From Nitrospirota bacterium (GTDB lineage: Bacteria > Nitrospirota > UBA9217), in the NCBI GenBank assembly GCA_963840455.1, contig CAWIYV010000009.1:192001-256000 (forward strand): a DNA stretch of 64,000 nt. Reading direction: 5' to 3'. Of this stretch, positions 32,630 to 41,544 are shown piece by piece. The position numbers and the translations under genes are program-made. The notes below the pieces were generated by a model, which was not told the origin of the DNA, did not search any database, and worked only from the letters and a program-made list of their open reading frames with translations. Every line of letters starts with the position of its first letter. The stretch's first letter is position 1.

Positions 32630-33316
32630 ATGGGAACGATCATCATCATTGCGGTGTACGGCGTGTACGCTGCGTTCTGGATACGGTTCTTCCTGCATAC
32701 GCTGGCGTGGTGGCGCGGCCGGGCCGAGGACATGGTCGCGGTCCTTCCGCAGAGGCCGCCGCTGCTCAAGGCCTGGGCGCTTACCCTGCGCGACGTGGTC
32801 CTCTTCTGGCGGCTTCTAAAGGTAAACCCTGCGCTTTGGTTCGGCGAGTATCTGTTTCACTCGACGTTCCTGCTCGTGGCGCTGCGCCATCTACGGTACA
32901 TCCTGGACCCTGTGCCGTTGTGGGTCTGGGACCTGCAGCTACCAGGCCTCATCGCCGGCTATGTGCTTCCCTTTTCGCTGGTGTACATCCTCGCCGTCCG
33001 CTTCTTCAGCGAGCGGGAAAAATATTCCTCGCCGGCAAACGTCCTGCTCCTTGCGCTGATCCTGATGATCAGCGGCATCGGGGTGGTGATGCACGCTTTC
33101 TTCACGCCGAATCTTGTGGACGTGAAGTACTTCGTGCTCGGGCTTTTGTCCCTTGCACCGGCGCCGCTTCCGGCAGGCGTGCTGTTCCCGCTGCATCTGG
33201 TCCTGGTGCTGGTGCTGGTCGCGCTCGTGCCCAGCCACATCGTTACCGCTCCGCTGGTGATGCTGGAGGCCAGGAGGCGGGAACTGGGCCTTCCACAGGT
33301 GATGCATGAAAAATGA
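32630..33316 (+). CDS. NarI/HdrE/DsrM-like membrane cytochrome b subunit
   Basis: About 5 TM segments; YLFH..LRHLRY and PLHL..PSHI His pairs; overlaps the hdrD start. Confidence 0.7.
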   Translation: MGTIIIIAVYGVYAAFWIRFFLHTLAWWRGRAEDMVAVLPQRPPLLKAWALTLRDVVLFWRLLKVNPALWFGEYLFHSTFLLVALRHLRYILDPVPLWVWDLQLPGLIAGYVLPFSLVYILAVRFFSEREKYSSPANVLLLALILMISGIGVVMHAFFTPNLVDVKYFVLGLLSLAPAPLPAGVLFPLHLVLVLVLVALVPSHIVTAPLVMLEARRRELGLPQVMHEK

Positions 33317-34508
33317 CCGGTCCTTCACCGAAGAGCTTTCTTCGCGCCAGATGTTGGAGATCGACGCCTGCACGCAGTGCGGCGAGTGCCTGAAGCATTG
33401 CCCGGTGCAGGATGTGACCGGCAACCCGTCGGTCTCTCCGCCTGAGAAGATCCGCATGTTCCGCGAGTTCATCCGAAAAACCGACGGGCTCAAAGCAAAG
33501 CTCTTCGGCTCGAGCGACGTCGATCGCAAGCTTCTTGATGACTTCACGAAGGCCGTCTACGAATGCACGACCTGCGGCGCCTGCGGCCAGAACTGCCCGG
33601 TCGGCATCTTCACGCAGCGGCTCTGGCCCACGCTCAGGAAAGAGATGGTAAAGCGCGGGCTCGGTCCTATCGGCATACAGGCGAACCTGCCGAAAGTAGT
33701 TAAGAGCAGCGGAAATCCCTACGATAAGCCCGCCGCTGACCGCTATCGTCCTTGGTTTCCGGAGCAGGTGAAGGTTGTTGAGCAGGCGGACATCGCCTAT
33801 TACGCTGGATGCACCGGCGCCTACGAAGCTCACCCCATGGTGCGGGGCGATGCGCTCGTGCTCGGTGCCGTCGGCGAACCTTTCACTATGCTGCCGCCGG
33901 AAGAGGAGGTCTGCTGCGGGTTCCCGCTTTTCATCACGGGCCAGCACGACCTGCTCAAGGACCTTGTCGACCGGCTCGTCGAGGGATATCGCAGCCGGGG
34001 TGTGAAGACGCTTGTCTGCTCCTGTCCGTGCTGCGTGAACATCATGTCGCGGGACTGGCCCGCGCTCTATGGCCGCGAGCTGCCGTTCACGATCCGGCAC
34101 ATCACGCAGTACGTATCGCACGCGCTGCGGGAGGGGCGGCTCAAGATCACGAAGGAACTGAAAGAGTCCGTGATCTACCACGACCCATGCTACCTGAGCA
34201 GGGGGGTGGGCGTGATCGAGGAGCCCCGCGAGGTGCTCCGGAGCATCCCCGGCGTCACGGTGCTCGAGTTCGAGCGGCATGGCCTTAACTCGCGGTGCTG
34301 CGGGTCGGGCGGGGCGGCCCGGAAGGTGTACCATGAGAACGCCATAAAGATGGGAAGGCAGACGATCGACGAGGCCGTGGCAAAGAAGGCGGACCGGCTT
34401 ATCCTTTCCTGTCCCGCCTGCTACGCAAAGGTGAACGAGGCCATGCAGGGACACGACAGGCAGATCAGGATCACTGATATCATGGAGCTGGTGAGCGGAT
34501 TGATCTAA
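33306..34508 (+). CDS. hdrD: Heterodisulfide reductase catalytic subunit D-like
   Basis: Two [4Fe-4S] motifs (CTQCGECLKHCP, CTTCGACGQNCP) and two CCG domains; GLKAKLFG and DWPALYGRELPF recall Methanosarcina HdrD. Confidence 0.82.
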   Translation: MKNDRSFTEELSSRQMLEIDACTQCGECLKHCPVQDVTGNPSVSPPEKIRMFREFIRKTDGLKAKLFGSSDVDRKLLDDFTKAVYECTTCGACGQNCPVGIFTQRLWPTLRKEMVKRGLGPIGIQANLPKVVKSSGNPYDKPAADRYRPWFPEQVKVVEQADIAYYAGCTGAYEAHPMVRGDALVLGAVGEPFTMLPPEEEVCCGFPLFITGQHDLLKDLVDRLVEGYRSRGVKTLVCSCPCCVNIMSRDWPALYGRELPFTIRHITQYVSHALREGRLKITKELKESVIYHDPCYLSRGVGVIEEPREVLRSIPGVTVLEFERHGLNSRCCGSGGAARKVYHENAIKMGRQTIDEAVAKKADRLILSCPACYAKVNEAMQGHDRQIRITDIMELVSGLI

Positions 34509-34556
34509 AGCGATCGCTGGTCAGCTTGCAGGCTTGCCTGACTGGGGACTTTACCT

Positions 34557-35813
34557 ATGAGCCATTTTTCCATACGCTGCAGAAACTGCGGGAAGATCCT
34601 CGATCACTCGTACTGCGCCTTTTGCGAACATTGCGCCGATTCGCTGCTGGTCACGGACTACAATGCGCGGTTCAGCAAGCAGGGCGGCGAGGGCGTCTGG
34701 CGCTTCAACTGGCTGCCGGTGCACTCCCCTATCGTGGCGCAGCCGGGCCCGGTCGTGTACCGCTCCGTTGGGCTGGCCGTCCACCTCGGGCTCGAGAACC
34801 TGTACATCGCGTTCAACGGGTACTGGCCGGAAAAGGGCGCCGGGCTCCAGACCTGCACATTCAAGGAGTTCGAGGCCGCGGTGGTGCTCCAGAACGCCAG
34901 GGAGAACGGGATCGAGGGGCTCATCGCGGCTTCCGCGGGGAACACGGCCCGCGCCTTCGCGCACTTGTCAGCGCTGTCCGGATATCCCGTGGTCATCATT
35001 GTGCCGCGCATGTGCCTGTCCGAGATGTGGTACCTTAAGCACTCCACGGGTGTTCCCACGGTAGCAGTGGCCGACGGGGACTACTCGGATTCGATCGACG
35101 TGGCTCGCCGGATCGCGCGGGTGACCGGTTTTCCCTTCGAGGGCGGCGTCAAGAACATCGCGAAGCGGGACGGGTTGGGCATTGTGCTGCTCGAGGCAGT
35201 GTCGGTCATGAAGCGGCTGCCGGACCGCTATTTCCAGGCCGTGGGCAGCGGCGCGGGGGCCATCGGCGTGTGGGAGATGGCCGAGCGGTTCCTCGCTGAC
35301 GGACGCTTCGGGCACCGGCTCCCGGTCCTGCACCTGGGCCAGAACCTGCCATTCGCTCCGATGGTGATGGCCTGGCAGAGAAAGGAAAGGGCGCTGGCGA
35401 AAGAGGACCTGGACCAGGCCCTGATCCCGATGATCACGACGCGGGTGCTGTCGACACGCTATCCCGCTTACAGCATACAAGGGGGCGTGTTCGACGCGCT
35501 CATGGCGACGCAGGGGAGCATGCACGGCGTCCGGAACAACGAGGTCTACGCGGCCATGGACCTGTTCCAGCGCACAGAGGGTTCGGACATCGTACCTGCC
35601 GCGGGAGTTGCGGTGGCGGCGCTGCAGCAGGCGGTGCGGAACGGTATAGTCCGGCCCGACGAACTGGTCCTCCTGAACATCACCGGGGGCGGCGAGAAGA
35701 GGCTGGCCCCGGACAATAAGGTGCCGTGCCTCGAACCGCGGCTTGTTTCCAAGAACATCACCGAAAAAGAGATCGAGGAGCTGCTGTGCAACGTTCTGAA
35801 GAAGAGGTCATAA
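34557..35813 (+). CDS. Cysteate synthase (threonine-synthase-like PLP enzyme)
   Basis: N-terminal CxxC, FNGYWPEKGA..TCTFKEFEA, ASAGNTARAF, EGGVKNIAKRDGLG, YFQAVGSG, LNITGGG. Confidence 0.88.
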   Translation: MSHFSIRCRNCGKILDHSYCAFCEHCADSLLVTDYNARFSKQGGEGVWRFNWLPVHSPIVAQPGPVVYRSVGLAVHLGLENLYIAFNGYWPEKGAGLQTCTFKEFEAAVVLQNARENGIEGLIAASAGNTARAFAHLSALSGYPVVIIVPRMCLSEMWYLKHSTGVPTVAVADGDYSDSIDVARRIARVTGFPFEGGVKNIAKRDGLGIVLLEAVSVMKRLPDRYFQAVGSGAGAIGVWEMAERFLADGRFGHRLPVLHLGQNLPFAPMVMAWQRKERALAKEDLDQALIPMITTRVLSTRYPAYSIQGGVFDALMATQGSMHGVRNNEVYAAMDLFQRTEGSDIVPAAGVAVAALQQAVRNGIVRPDELVLLNITGGGEKRLAPDNKVPCLEPRLVSKNITEKEIEELLCNVLKKRS

Positions 35814-36931
35814 CAACGCTCACGAGGAACGGCGTGGACTTCACCGCGTCGCTCCCCTGTGAGAAGATCAAGACCCTGTTGGAGATGGTCGCCCGCTCGT
35901 TTCAGCATCTTCCGCTGACTCGGGAAGAGGAGGGCGTGGGGATCTGCGCAGGCGCAGCGCTGGCAGGCAGGCGTCCGGCCATGTTCGTCCAGAGCTCAGG
36001 CATCGGGAACATGATCAACGCGCTGCTGTCGCTTACCCAGTTCTATGAGCTGCCGCTTGCATTGTTTGTGAGCCGTCGGGGTGTATACCAGGAGAAGATC
36101 GAGGCGCAGTTCCCCATGGGACGGAAGCTCCCGGCCATGCTTGCCGGGGCAGGGATCACCTATACCGAGATCAATGCGCACGATGAGCTCTCTGCGCTGG
36201 AACGGGAATTGCCCCATCTCTACGAAAAGAACAAGATCCATGCGTTCCTGCTGAGCCCGAAGGTGTGGGAAGGGTCCGATTGTGGATCGCGGATCGCGGC
36301 TTGCGGCTTGAAAGATGAAAAAACCCTTGAGATATCAGGCGAGAGGCGCGATATACGCGAAATTCAGGGAGCACACCTCACGCGCTATGACATCATCAAT
36401 ATCCTTTCACCGTACCTTGACGGCAAGGTCGTGGTGTGCAACCTCGGTTGGCCGTCCAAGGAACTTTTTGCGATCAAGCACCAGCCGTCGAATTTCTACA
36501 TGCTCGGCAGCATGGGCATGGTGACGCCCATCGGGCTCGGCATCGCGCTCTCTTCGCGCAGCGAGGTCGTCGTCATCGACGGCGACGGGAGCCTCTTGAT
36601 GAACCCCGGCACGCTCGCAACCGCCGCTGCTGCCGCTCCGGAGAACCTCACGATCGTCGCAATCGACAACGGCGCCTACGGGTCGACCGGGAACCAGCCG
36701 ACGCTGGCAGCCTCCTGCGTGGACCTCGAACAGGTGGCGCGGGGATTCGGATTCAGGAACACCGTGAAAGTGGCGGGAGAGCAGGAGATCGCCGAGGCGA
36801 TGAAGGGCCGGGGAAAGGGACCCAAGTTCATTCATGTCCTGGCGGTTCCGGGGAACAAGGACGTGCCGAACATCCCCGTGCATCATCTCGAGATCAAGAA
36901 GCAGGTGCAGGAGCTTTTGAGATCAGAATAA
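35786..36931 (+). CDS. comDE: Fused sulfopyruvate decarboxylase ComD-ComE
   Basis: SLPCEKIK, TREEEGVGICAGA, QSSGIGNMINAL; NFYMLGSMG and ThDP motif DGDGSLLMN..DNGAYGSTGNQ; GAGGAG before GTG 35786. Confidence 0.9.
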   Translation: MQRSEEEVITTLTRNGVDFTASLPCEKIKTLLEMVARSFQHLPLTREEEGVGICAGAALAGRRPAMFVQSSGIGNMINALLSLTQFYELPLALFVSRRGVYQEKIEAQFPMGRKLPAMLAGAGITYTEINAHDELSALERELPHLYEKNKIHAFLLSPKVWEGSDCGSRIAACGLKDEKTLEISGERRDIREIQGAHLTRYDIINILSPYLDGKVVVCNLGWPSKELFAIKHQPSNFYMLGSMGMVTPIGLGIALSSRSEVVVIDGDGSLLMNPGTLATAAAAAPENLTIVAIDNGAYGSTGNQPTLAASCVDLEQVARGFGFRNTVKVAGEQEIAEAMKGRGKGPKFIHVLAVPGNKDVPNIPVHHLEIKKQVQELLRSE

Positions 36932-37040
36932 TGTCCGAATAAGGGGAGCGCAGCATAGCGCCCCCCTTGATGCGCTGGTTGGGATCAGTGTGTCGGGTTT
37001 CGCTTTACTCTATTCGACTTACAAAACGTATCGAAAGCAT

Positions 37041-37209
37041 CACAGAATACCTCCGGGTCTCGACACGGATATGAATGTCATTCTTGCCAGAGGGTAATAG
37101 AGGGAGCGGAAAGCCACCCGATACCGAGGAGGTCGTCGGCGAAGCCGAGACCTGCACAGCGTCATTATGAAGTGCTGAGATGCCCCGCCCCTTGAGGCGG
37201 GTAGCTCAC
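37041..37209 (+). mobile_element. Probable IS605/IS1341 right-end remnant (tnpB tail and omega-RNA-like region)
   Basis: Frame LDTDMNVILARG* resembles the TnpB tail; ends TGAAG..GATGCCCCGCCCCTTGAGGCGGGTAGCTCAC. Confidence 0.5.
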
Positions 37210-37236
37210 TGTAATAAACCCATCTTTGGCGATGTT

Positions 37237-38628
37237 TTACATCCAATGGGAAAATATATGCGCAAACCATTCCCTGATCCTTCGGAACAAGGGTCTTTTT
37301 TTCCACTCATCCCATTGTATCTGGTCGGACTCCTCGAGATCCCTGGCAAACATCTTCTCCATTTCGATGGCAAACTCATGACTCAGGATAACCGCATTCA
37401 CTTCGTCATCGCTTAACAAGCTCCAGAAGTCCATGTTGGTAGAGCCGACCGTCGCCCAGACGCCGTCAATCACCGCGGTTTTCGCATGCAGCAAGGCGTT
37501 GCGGCGTTCATATACCTTCACCCCCGCCTTCAAAAGCTCGGAATAATTATACCGCGCTGCAGATAAGGCTATCCGAGAATCACTGGTCGAGGGAAGAATA
37601 ATCTTTACGTCAACACCGCGCCTTGCAGCATCAGTGAAGGCATCCAGTATCTGGTCGTCGGGGATGAAATAGGCATTCGTCAGATGGACCGAATGCTCTG
37701 CAAACGTGATGGCGGACATATAAACGATAAAAATGATCCTGTTGCTCTGTCCTGGCGTGCTGCCGACCACCCGCACCAGGGCGTTCCCCGCTTCTTTCAG
37801 ATCAGGGAAATAGTTCCGTTCAGAGAGTTTCGGGCCCTTCTGCTTGTGCCAGGTGTCAAGAAATAGTTTTTGGAACTCAGCTACCACAGGGCCTTCAATT
37901 TGAACATCTGTATCACGCCAGGGTAGCGGCGCCTTTTTGTCCTGGTCACTGCGGAAGGGCGTGCTCGAATAGACCTTGCTGATATTGATACCCCCCGTAA
38001 TGGCAACTTTGCCGTCGACGATCAAGATCTTGCGGTGGTCCAGATGCTCCAGGAGCCAGTGCCCGTGGGCCTTCAGCGGATTTACCGGATTGAATTCAAC
38101 TACCTGGATTCCCTTGTCCCGCAGGCGCTGAAAAAAGGGAGCGGGAGTACTGAAACTACCAACGCTGTCAAAAATGAGATTTACTTGAACACCCTCCGCC
38201 TGTTTTTGCAGCAACAGATCGGCAAATTTTCGGCCTGGTTCATCATCTTCGATGATAAAGGTTTCGAGGTTGATATGGTCCTTGGCTTTCTGTATTGCTT
38301 TGAACATTGCGGCATAGGCGGCCTGACCATCAATGAGCAGAGTGACTTTGTTCCCCTTCGTCAGCGGACTTTCGGTGACCGATTCTACCACGGCATTGTG
38401 GCGCTCCAGAATGTCTGTAGGGTCAACCGAGTTCTTTAGCCGTTCCATGATAGCCTTGCTTTTTTGGGGAGATAACAGTCCATGGGACGACTCGATTTGA
38501 CGAGGTTCCCGTGCAGTCGGCGCCTCATCAATCACTTCAGAGGCATTCGGCAAGGTCGCACATCCATTGCTGAGGCTAAAGATGGATACGAACAGAAAGA
38601 ACAAAAAGAAAGGCCTGGCTACTGTCAT
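37237..38628 (-). CDS. cls: Cardiolipin synthase/phospholipase D
   Basis: HRKILIVD and HAKTAVID HKD motifs, WRDTD; possible lipobox. Confidence 0.9.
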   Translation of the reverse strand: MTVARPFFLFFLFVSIFSLSNGCATLPNASEVIDEAPTAREPRQIESSHGLLSPQKSKAIMERLKNSVDPTDILERHNAVVESVTESPLTKGNKVTLLIDGQAAYAAMFKAIQKAKDHINLETFIIEDDEPGRKFADLLLQKQAEGVQVNLIFDSVGSFSTPAPFFQRLRDKGIQVVEFNPVNPLKAHGHWLLEHLDHRKILIVDGKVAITGGINISKVYSSTPFRSDQDKKAPLPWRDTDVQIEGPVVAEFQKLFLDTWHKQKGPKLSERNYFPDLKEAGNALVRVVGSTPGQSNRIIFIVYMSAITFAEHSVHLTNAYFIPDDQILDAFTDAARRGVDVKIILPSTSDSRIALSAARYNYSELLKAGVKVYERRNALLHAKTAVIDGVWATVGSTNMDFWSLLSDDEVNAVILSHEFAIEMEKMFARDLEESDQIQWDEWKKRPLFRRIREWFAHIFSHWM

Positions 38629-38710
38629 AGGGTGTTTTATGAAGAAGGAATCTCATTCATTCGGTGAGATCAGTCGAACGATTTTGGTTCAGGATTGTTC
38701 AGGTGTGTTA

Positions 38711-39304
38711 TCATAATTTTCCCGTTTTCCTATATTCCTCGATATAGACCTTGATCGCCCGCAGGATGATCCAGTCCACGGTAACACTGTTGTCCTGCGC
38801 GATCTGGATCATCGCGTCGATCAGCTCCTTGTCGATCGTCGGCATGCCTGCGGGCTGCGGCGTAACGGCTTCCTCCGCCTGTCCGGTATCCAGGGTCCCT
38901 GCTCCGGCTGCTTCGGGCGAGCGCTTCAGGTGCTCCTGTCGAAGGATATCCATGAGCCCTTTCACGTCTCCGTCCTGGACCAGTTTCACGACCTCTGCGG
39001 GGACCTCCCGCTGAGAAGGCGGCTGTGCCTCTCCCTCTCGTGCCGCTGCAGCGGGCTGATCAGGAGTAAATCTTGCCCCAGCAGGCATCATCCCGGACAT
39101 CCCCATCATCATAGTTGCCAGCTTCCTGGCATGCTCATTGTCGGGCATTTCGTTCTTCAGAAATTCTTCCAGTTTGCCTTCCGCCATGGCCGCGGCCATA
39201 CGGTCCGCCGTGAGCGGTTCCTGTTCTTCGCGCTGCTCTCCGGCCCGCTTGCGGCCGAAAGGCGTTGAAGGCGGTTTGGGAAGCTTTTTTTCGTTCTGAG
39301 ACAT
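38711..39304 (-). CDS. Hypothetical protein, possible C-terminal ribbon-helix-helix-like segment
   Basis: GAGG RBS, typical codon usage; no family recognised. Confidence 0.7.
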   Translation of the reverse strand: MSQNEKKLPKPPSTPFGRKRAGEQREEQEPLTADRMAAAMAEGKLEEFLKNEMPDNEHARKLATMMMGMSGMMPAGARFTPDQPAAAAREGEAQPPSQREVPAEVVKLVQDGDVKGLMDILRQEHLKRSPEAAGAGTLDTGQAEEAVTPQPAGMPTIDKELIDAMIQIAQDNSVTVDWIILRAIKVYIEEYRKTGKL

Positions 39305-39343
39305 GATAGTTACCTCTTTCTCCTATTACCCTTACACTATACA

Positions 39344-39476
39344 CCTAAGCGCAACAAGCTGGAACCAAAACCGTGGAACCGCGAAGGCGCAAAGATCGCT
39401 AAGAAAAATCTTAATTCTTCGTTCCAAACCAGGAAGGATATATTGCTTTCCTTCGCGTTCTTAGCGACTTCGCGGT
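39344..39476. repeat. 9-bp-period inverted repeat with conserved flank
   Basis: ACCGCGAAGGCGCAAAG...CTTAGCGACTTCGCGGT. Confidence 0.72.
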
Positions 39477-39539
39477 AAAAGGTGTCTTCATCCGTGTGCC
39501 CAGATGAAGTCGGGACCTGTGGTTTAACGCCTTTTGGAA

Positions 39540-40175
39540 TCAAATGTTCTTCGACGGGCAGATATCGTAGAGGACGCACTCGGCGTGGTTGGGTCTCCGG
39601 GCCTGGCAAATGGCCCGGCCGTGGTAGATTAGAAGATGCGAAAAGTTCGACCATTCTTTCTTCGGCGTGATGGCCAGGAGGTCCTGCTCGATCTTGACGG
39701 GATCGGTGTGCTTCGTCAGTTTCAGGAGGTAGGACAGCCGCTTCACGTGGGTGTCCACGGCCATGCCTTCATTGATGCCGAAGGCGGAGGACAGGACGAT
39801 GTTCGCGGTCTTGCGCGCGACGCCGGGAAGGGTGACGAGCTCTTCCATGGTCCGGGGGACCGTACCGCCGAACTGTTCGATGACCATGGCAGCGGCCTTC
39901 TGGATGCTCTTAGCCTTGTTGTTGAAGAAATTGACGGAGTTGATGTCCTGTGCGATCTGCTCCGGTTTCGCCATCGCAAAAGCTTCGATGTTCTTGTACT
40001 TCCTGAACAGGCCGGGTGTGACCTTGTTCACCTGCACGTCGGTGGTCTGGGCCGAAAGGATCGTTGCCACCAGCAGTTCGAAGGGCGTGGAGAACCTGAG
40101 CGCGGTCAGCGGCGTTCCCGCGTATTCCTTCTTCAGCAGCTTGATGATGGTGAGGACCTTGTCACGGTTGTTCAC
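39540..40175 (-). CDS. nth: Endonuclease III
   Basis: LLVATILSAQTTD, HhH LPGVARKTAN, VDTHV. Confidence 0.95.
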   Translation of the reverse strand: MNNRDKVLTIIKLLKKEYAGTPLTALRFSTPFELLVATILSAQTTDVQVNKVTPGLFRKYKNIEAFAMAKPEQIAQDINSVNFFNNKAKSIQKAAAMVIEQFGGTVPRTMEELVTLPGVARKTANIVLSSAFGINEGMAVDTHVKRLSYLLKLTKHTDPVKIEQDLLAITPKKEWSNFSHLLIYHGRAICQARRPNHAECVLYDICPSKNI

Positions 40176-40999
40176 GGGACGCCTCCGGTGCTTCCCACGG
40201 GCTTAATAGTGTGGCAATAGGAGCATAACTGCGACGGCGTCTTTGCCGTATACCGGAAGAGCTTTATCTCGTCAGAGCTGTGGGGGTTGTGGCAGCTCGC
40301 GCAGGAGAATATCTTCCCTTTACGCTTGGGGTCTTTGACAGGTTCCTTCCCTGCGCCTTTCATCGATCTTTCCCCGCCGAGGGAATGGCCGGCCTTGCCA
40401 AAGACCCCGCCGGCATGGGAGGAATTTTTTACCTGGCCATGGCAATCGAGGCAAATTTCATTGGGGCTTTTCACGAGGATGCCGGGATAGCCCGACGAGT
40501 GGGGGGCGTGACAGGTCAGGCACCTGCCTGCCTCTACGGGAGAATGTTTCTTTGTCTTCGTGAACTCGCCCTTATCATGGCAGTTGAAGCAGAGACCGGG
40601 AACAGCGGCGACCAGCAGCTTTTCGTTATTGCCGGCATGGGGAGTGTGGCATCCGGTGCAGCCCATCCCCACTGCTGCGTGCACGACCTTCTTCGTGAAC
40701 TCGCTCCGGTCATGGCATCCGTAGCAGAGCTCCGGCTGTTCAGCGGACAGGCCTTTGGTGATAGTGTTGGTCTTCTTATGAGGGACCTTAAGGGCATCGG
40801 CGATCCCGGTATGGCAGTACGGGCAGCCTCTCTGGAGCGGGGCGTGCACGATCTTCATCCTGACCACAAGGCGGGTATGGCACTTGGTGCAGTCAACCTC
40901 CGTTGGAGCAGCAACAGCAGTAGCTGCTGCAAAAGGTGCGAGGCAGAGGGACAGGACCATTATGACGATACGTGTCGGCAACAAGCTTATGGTTCGCAT
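40172..40999 (-). CDS. Periplasmic multiheme cytochrome c, 9 CxxCH
   Basis: Signal peptide; CTKCH, CPYCH, CYGCH, CTGCH, CFNCH, CLTCH, CLDCH, CASCH, CSYCH, several followed by xPH. Confidence 0.9.
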   Translation of the reverse strand: MRTISLLPTRIVIMVLSLCLAPFAAATAVAAPTEVDCTKCHTRLVVRMKIVHAPLQRGCPYCHTGIADALKVPHKKTNTITKGLSAEQPELCYGCHDRSEFTKKVVHAAVGMGCTGCHTPHAGNNEKLLVAAVPGLCFNCHDKGEFTKTKKHSPVEAGRCLTCHAPHSSGYPGILVKSPNEICLDCHGQVKNSSHAGGVFGKAGHSLGGERSMKGAGKEPVKDPKRKGKIFSCASCHNPHSSDEIKLFRYTAKTPSQLCSYCHTIKPVGSTGGVP

Positions 41000-41187
41000 A
41001 CAATCCATCCTTGGACGATGAGCTAATAAGTAGTGTATCAATAAACTGTGCTCAGATTGTAGCCGATTTTTTGCCTCGGTGCAACCATCTCTGCCGGGTT
41101 CGCCGAGCCATCCGGGCATAGATCGGGGCGGGTCTTCCTCCTTCAGACAGTTGTTTTTGTTTGACAGGCTTGCAACACTTCATTAAT

Positions 41188-41508
41188 ATGCAAGACGTGT
41201 CAGAAAACAGAAAGGACAAGGAAGAGGTCGACTGGGAATACGGCGAGGTCTGGAAGGATGGATCGCCCGATGACCCTGTTGCCCCTGATGCCGGTGAGTA
41301 TGTCGAGGTCCTCCGGGGGGACACCGGCATGGGGTACAATGATACCACCATGCTGGAATATGTGCTCTTCCTTGGGGAGCACGGGATCAAGGCAACATTC
41401 GATTCCTATCCTCTCGAACAGATCAAGATCTACGTTCTCAGGGTGGAAGCCGGCAGGGAAGCGGAAGCGTTCGCGCTGCTCCGGAAGAAAATGCAGGACG
41501 ACAAGTAA
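41188..41508 (+). CDS. Small acidic hypothetical protein
   Basis: Typical codon usage, TTGACA upstream; start uncertain. Confidence 0.6.
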   Translation: MQDVSENRKDKEEVDWEYGEVWKDGSPDDPVAPDAGEYVEVLRGDTGMGYNDTTMLEYVLFLGEHGIKATFDSYPLEQIKIYVLRVEAGREAEAFALLRKKMQDDK

Positions 41509-41544
41509 CGGACGGGCAGGGATCACTAAGGCCAAGTTTACCCT

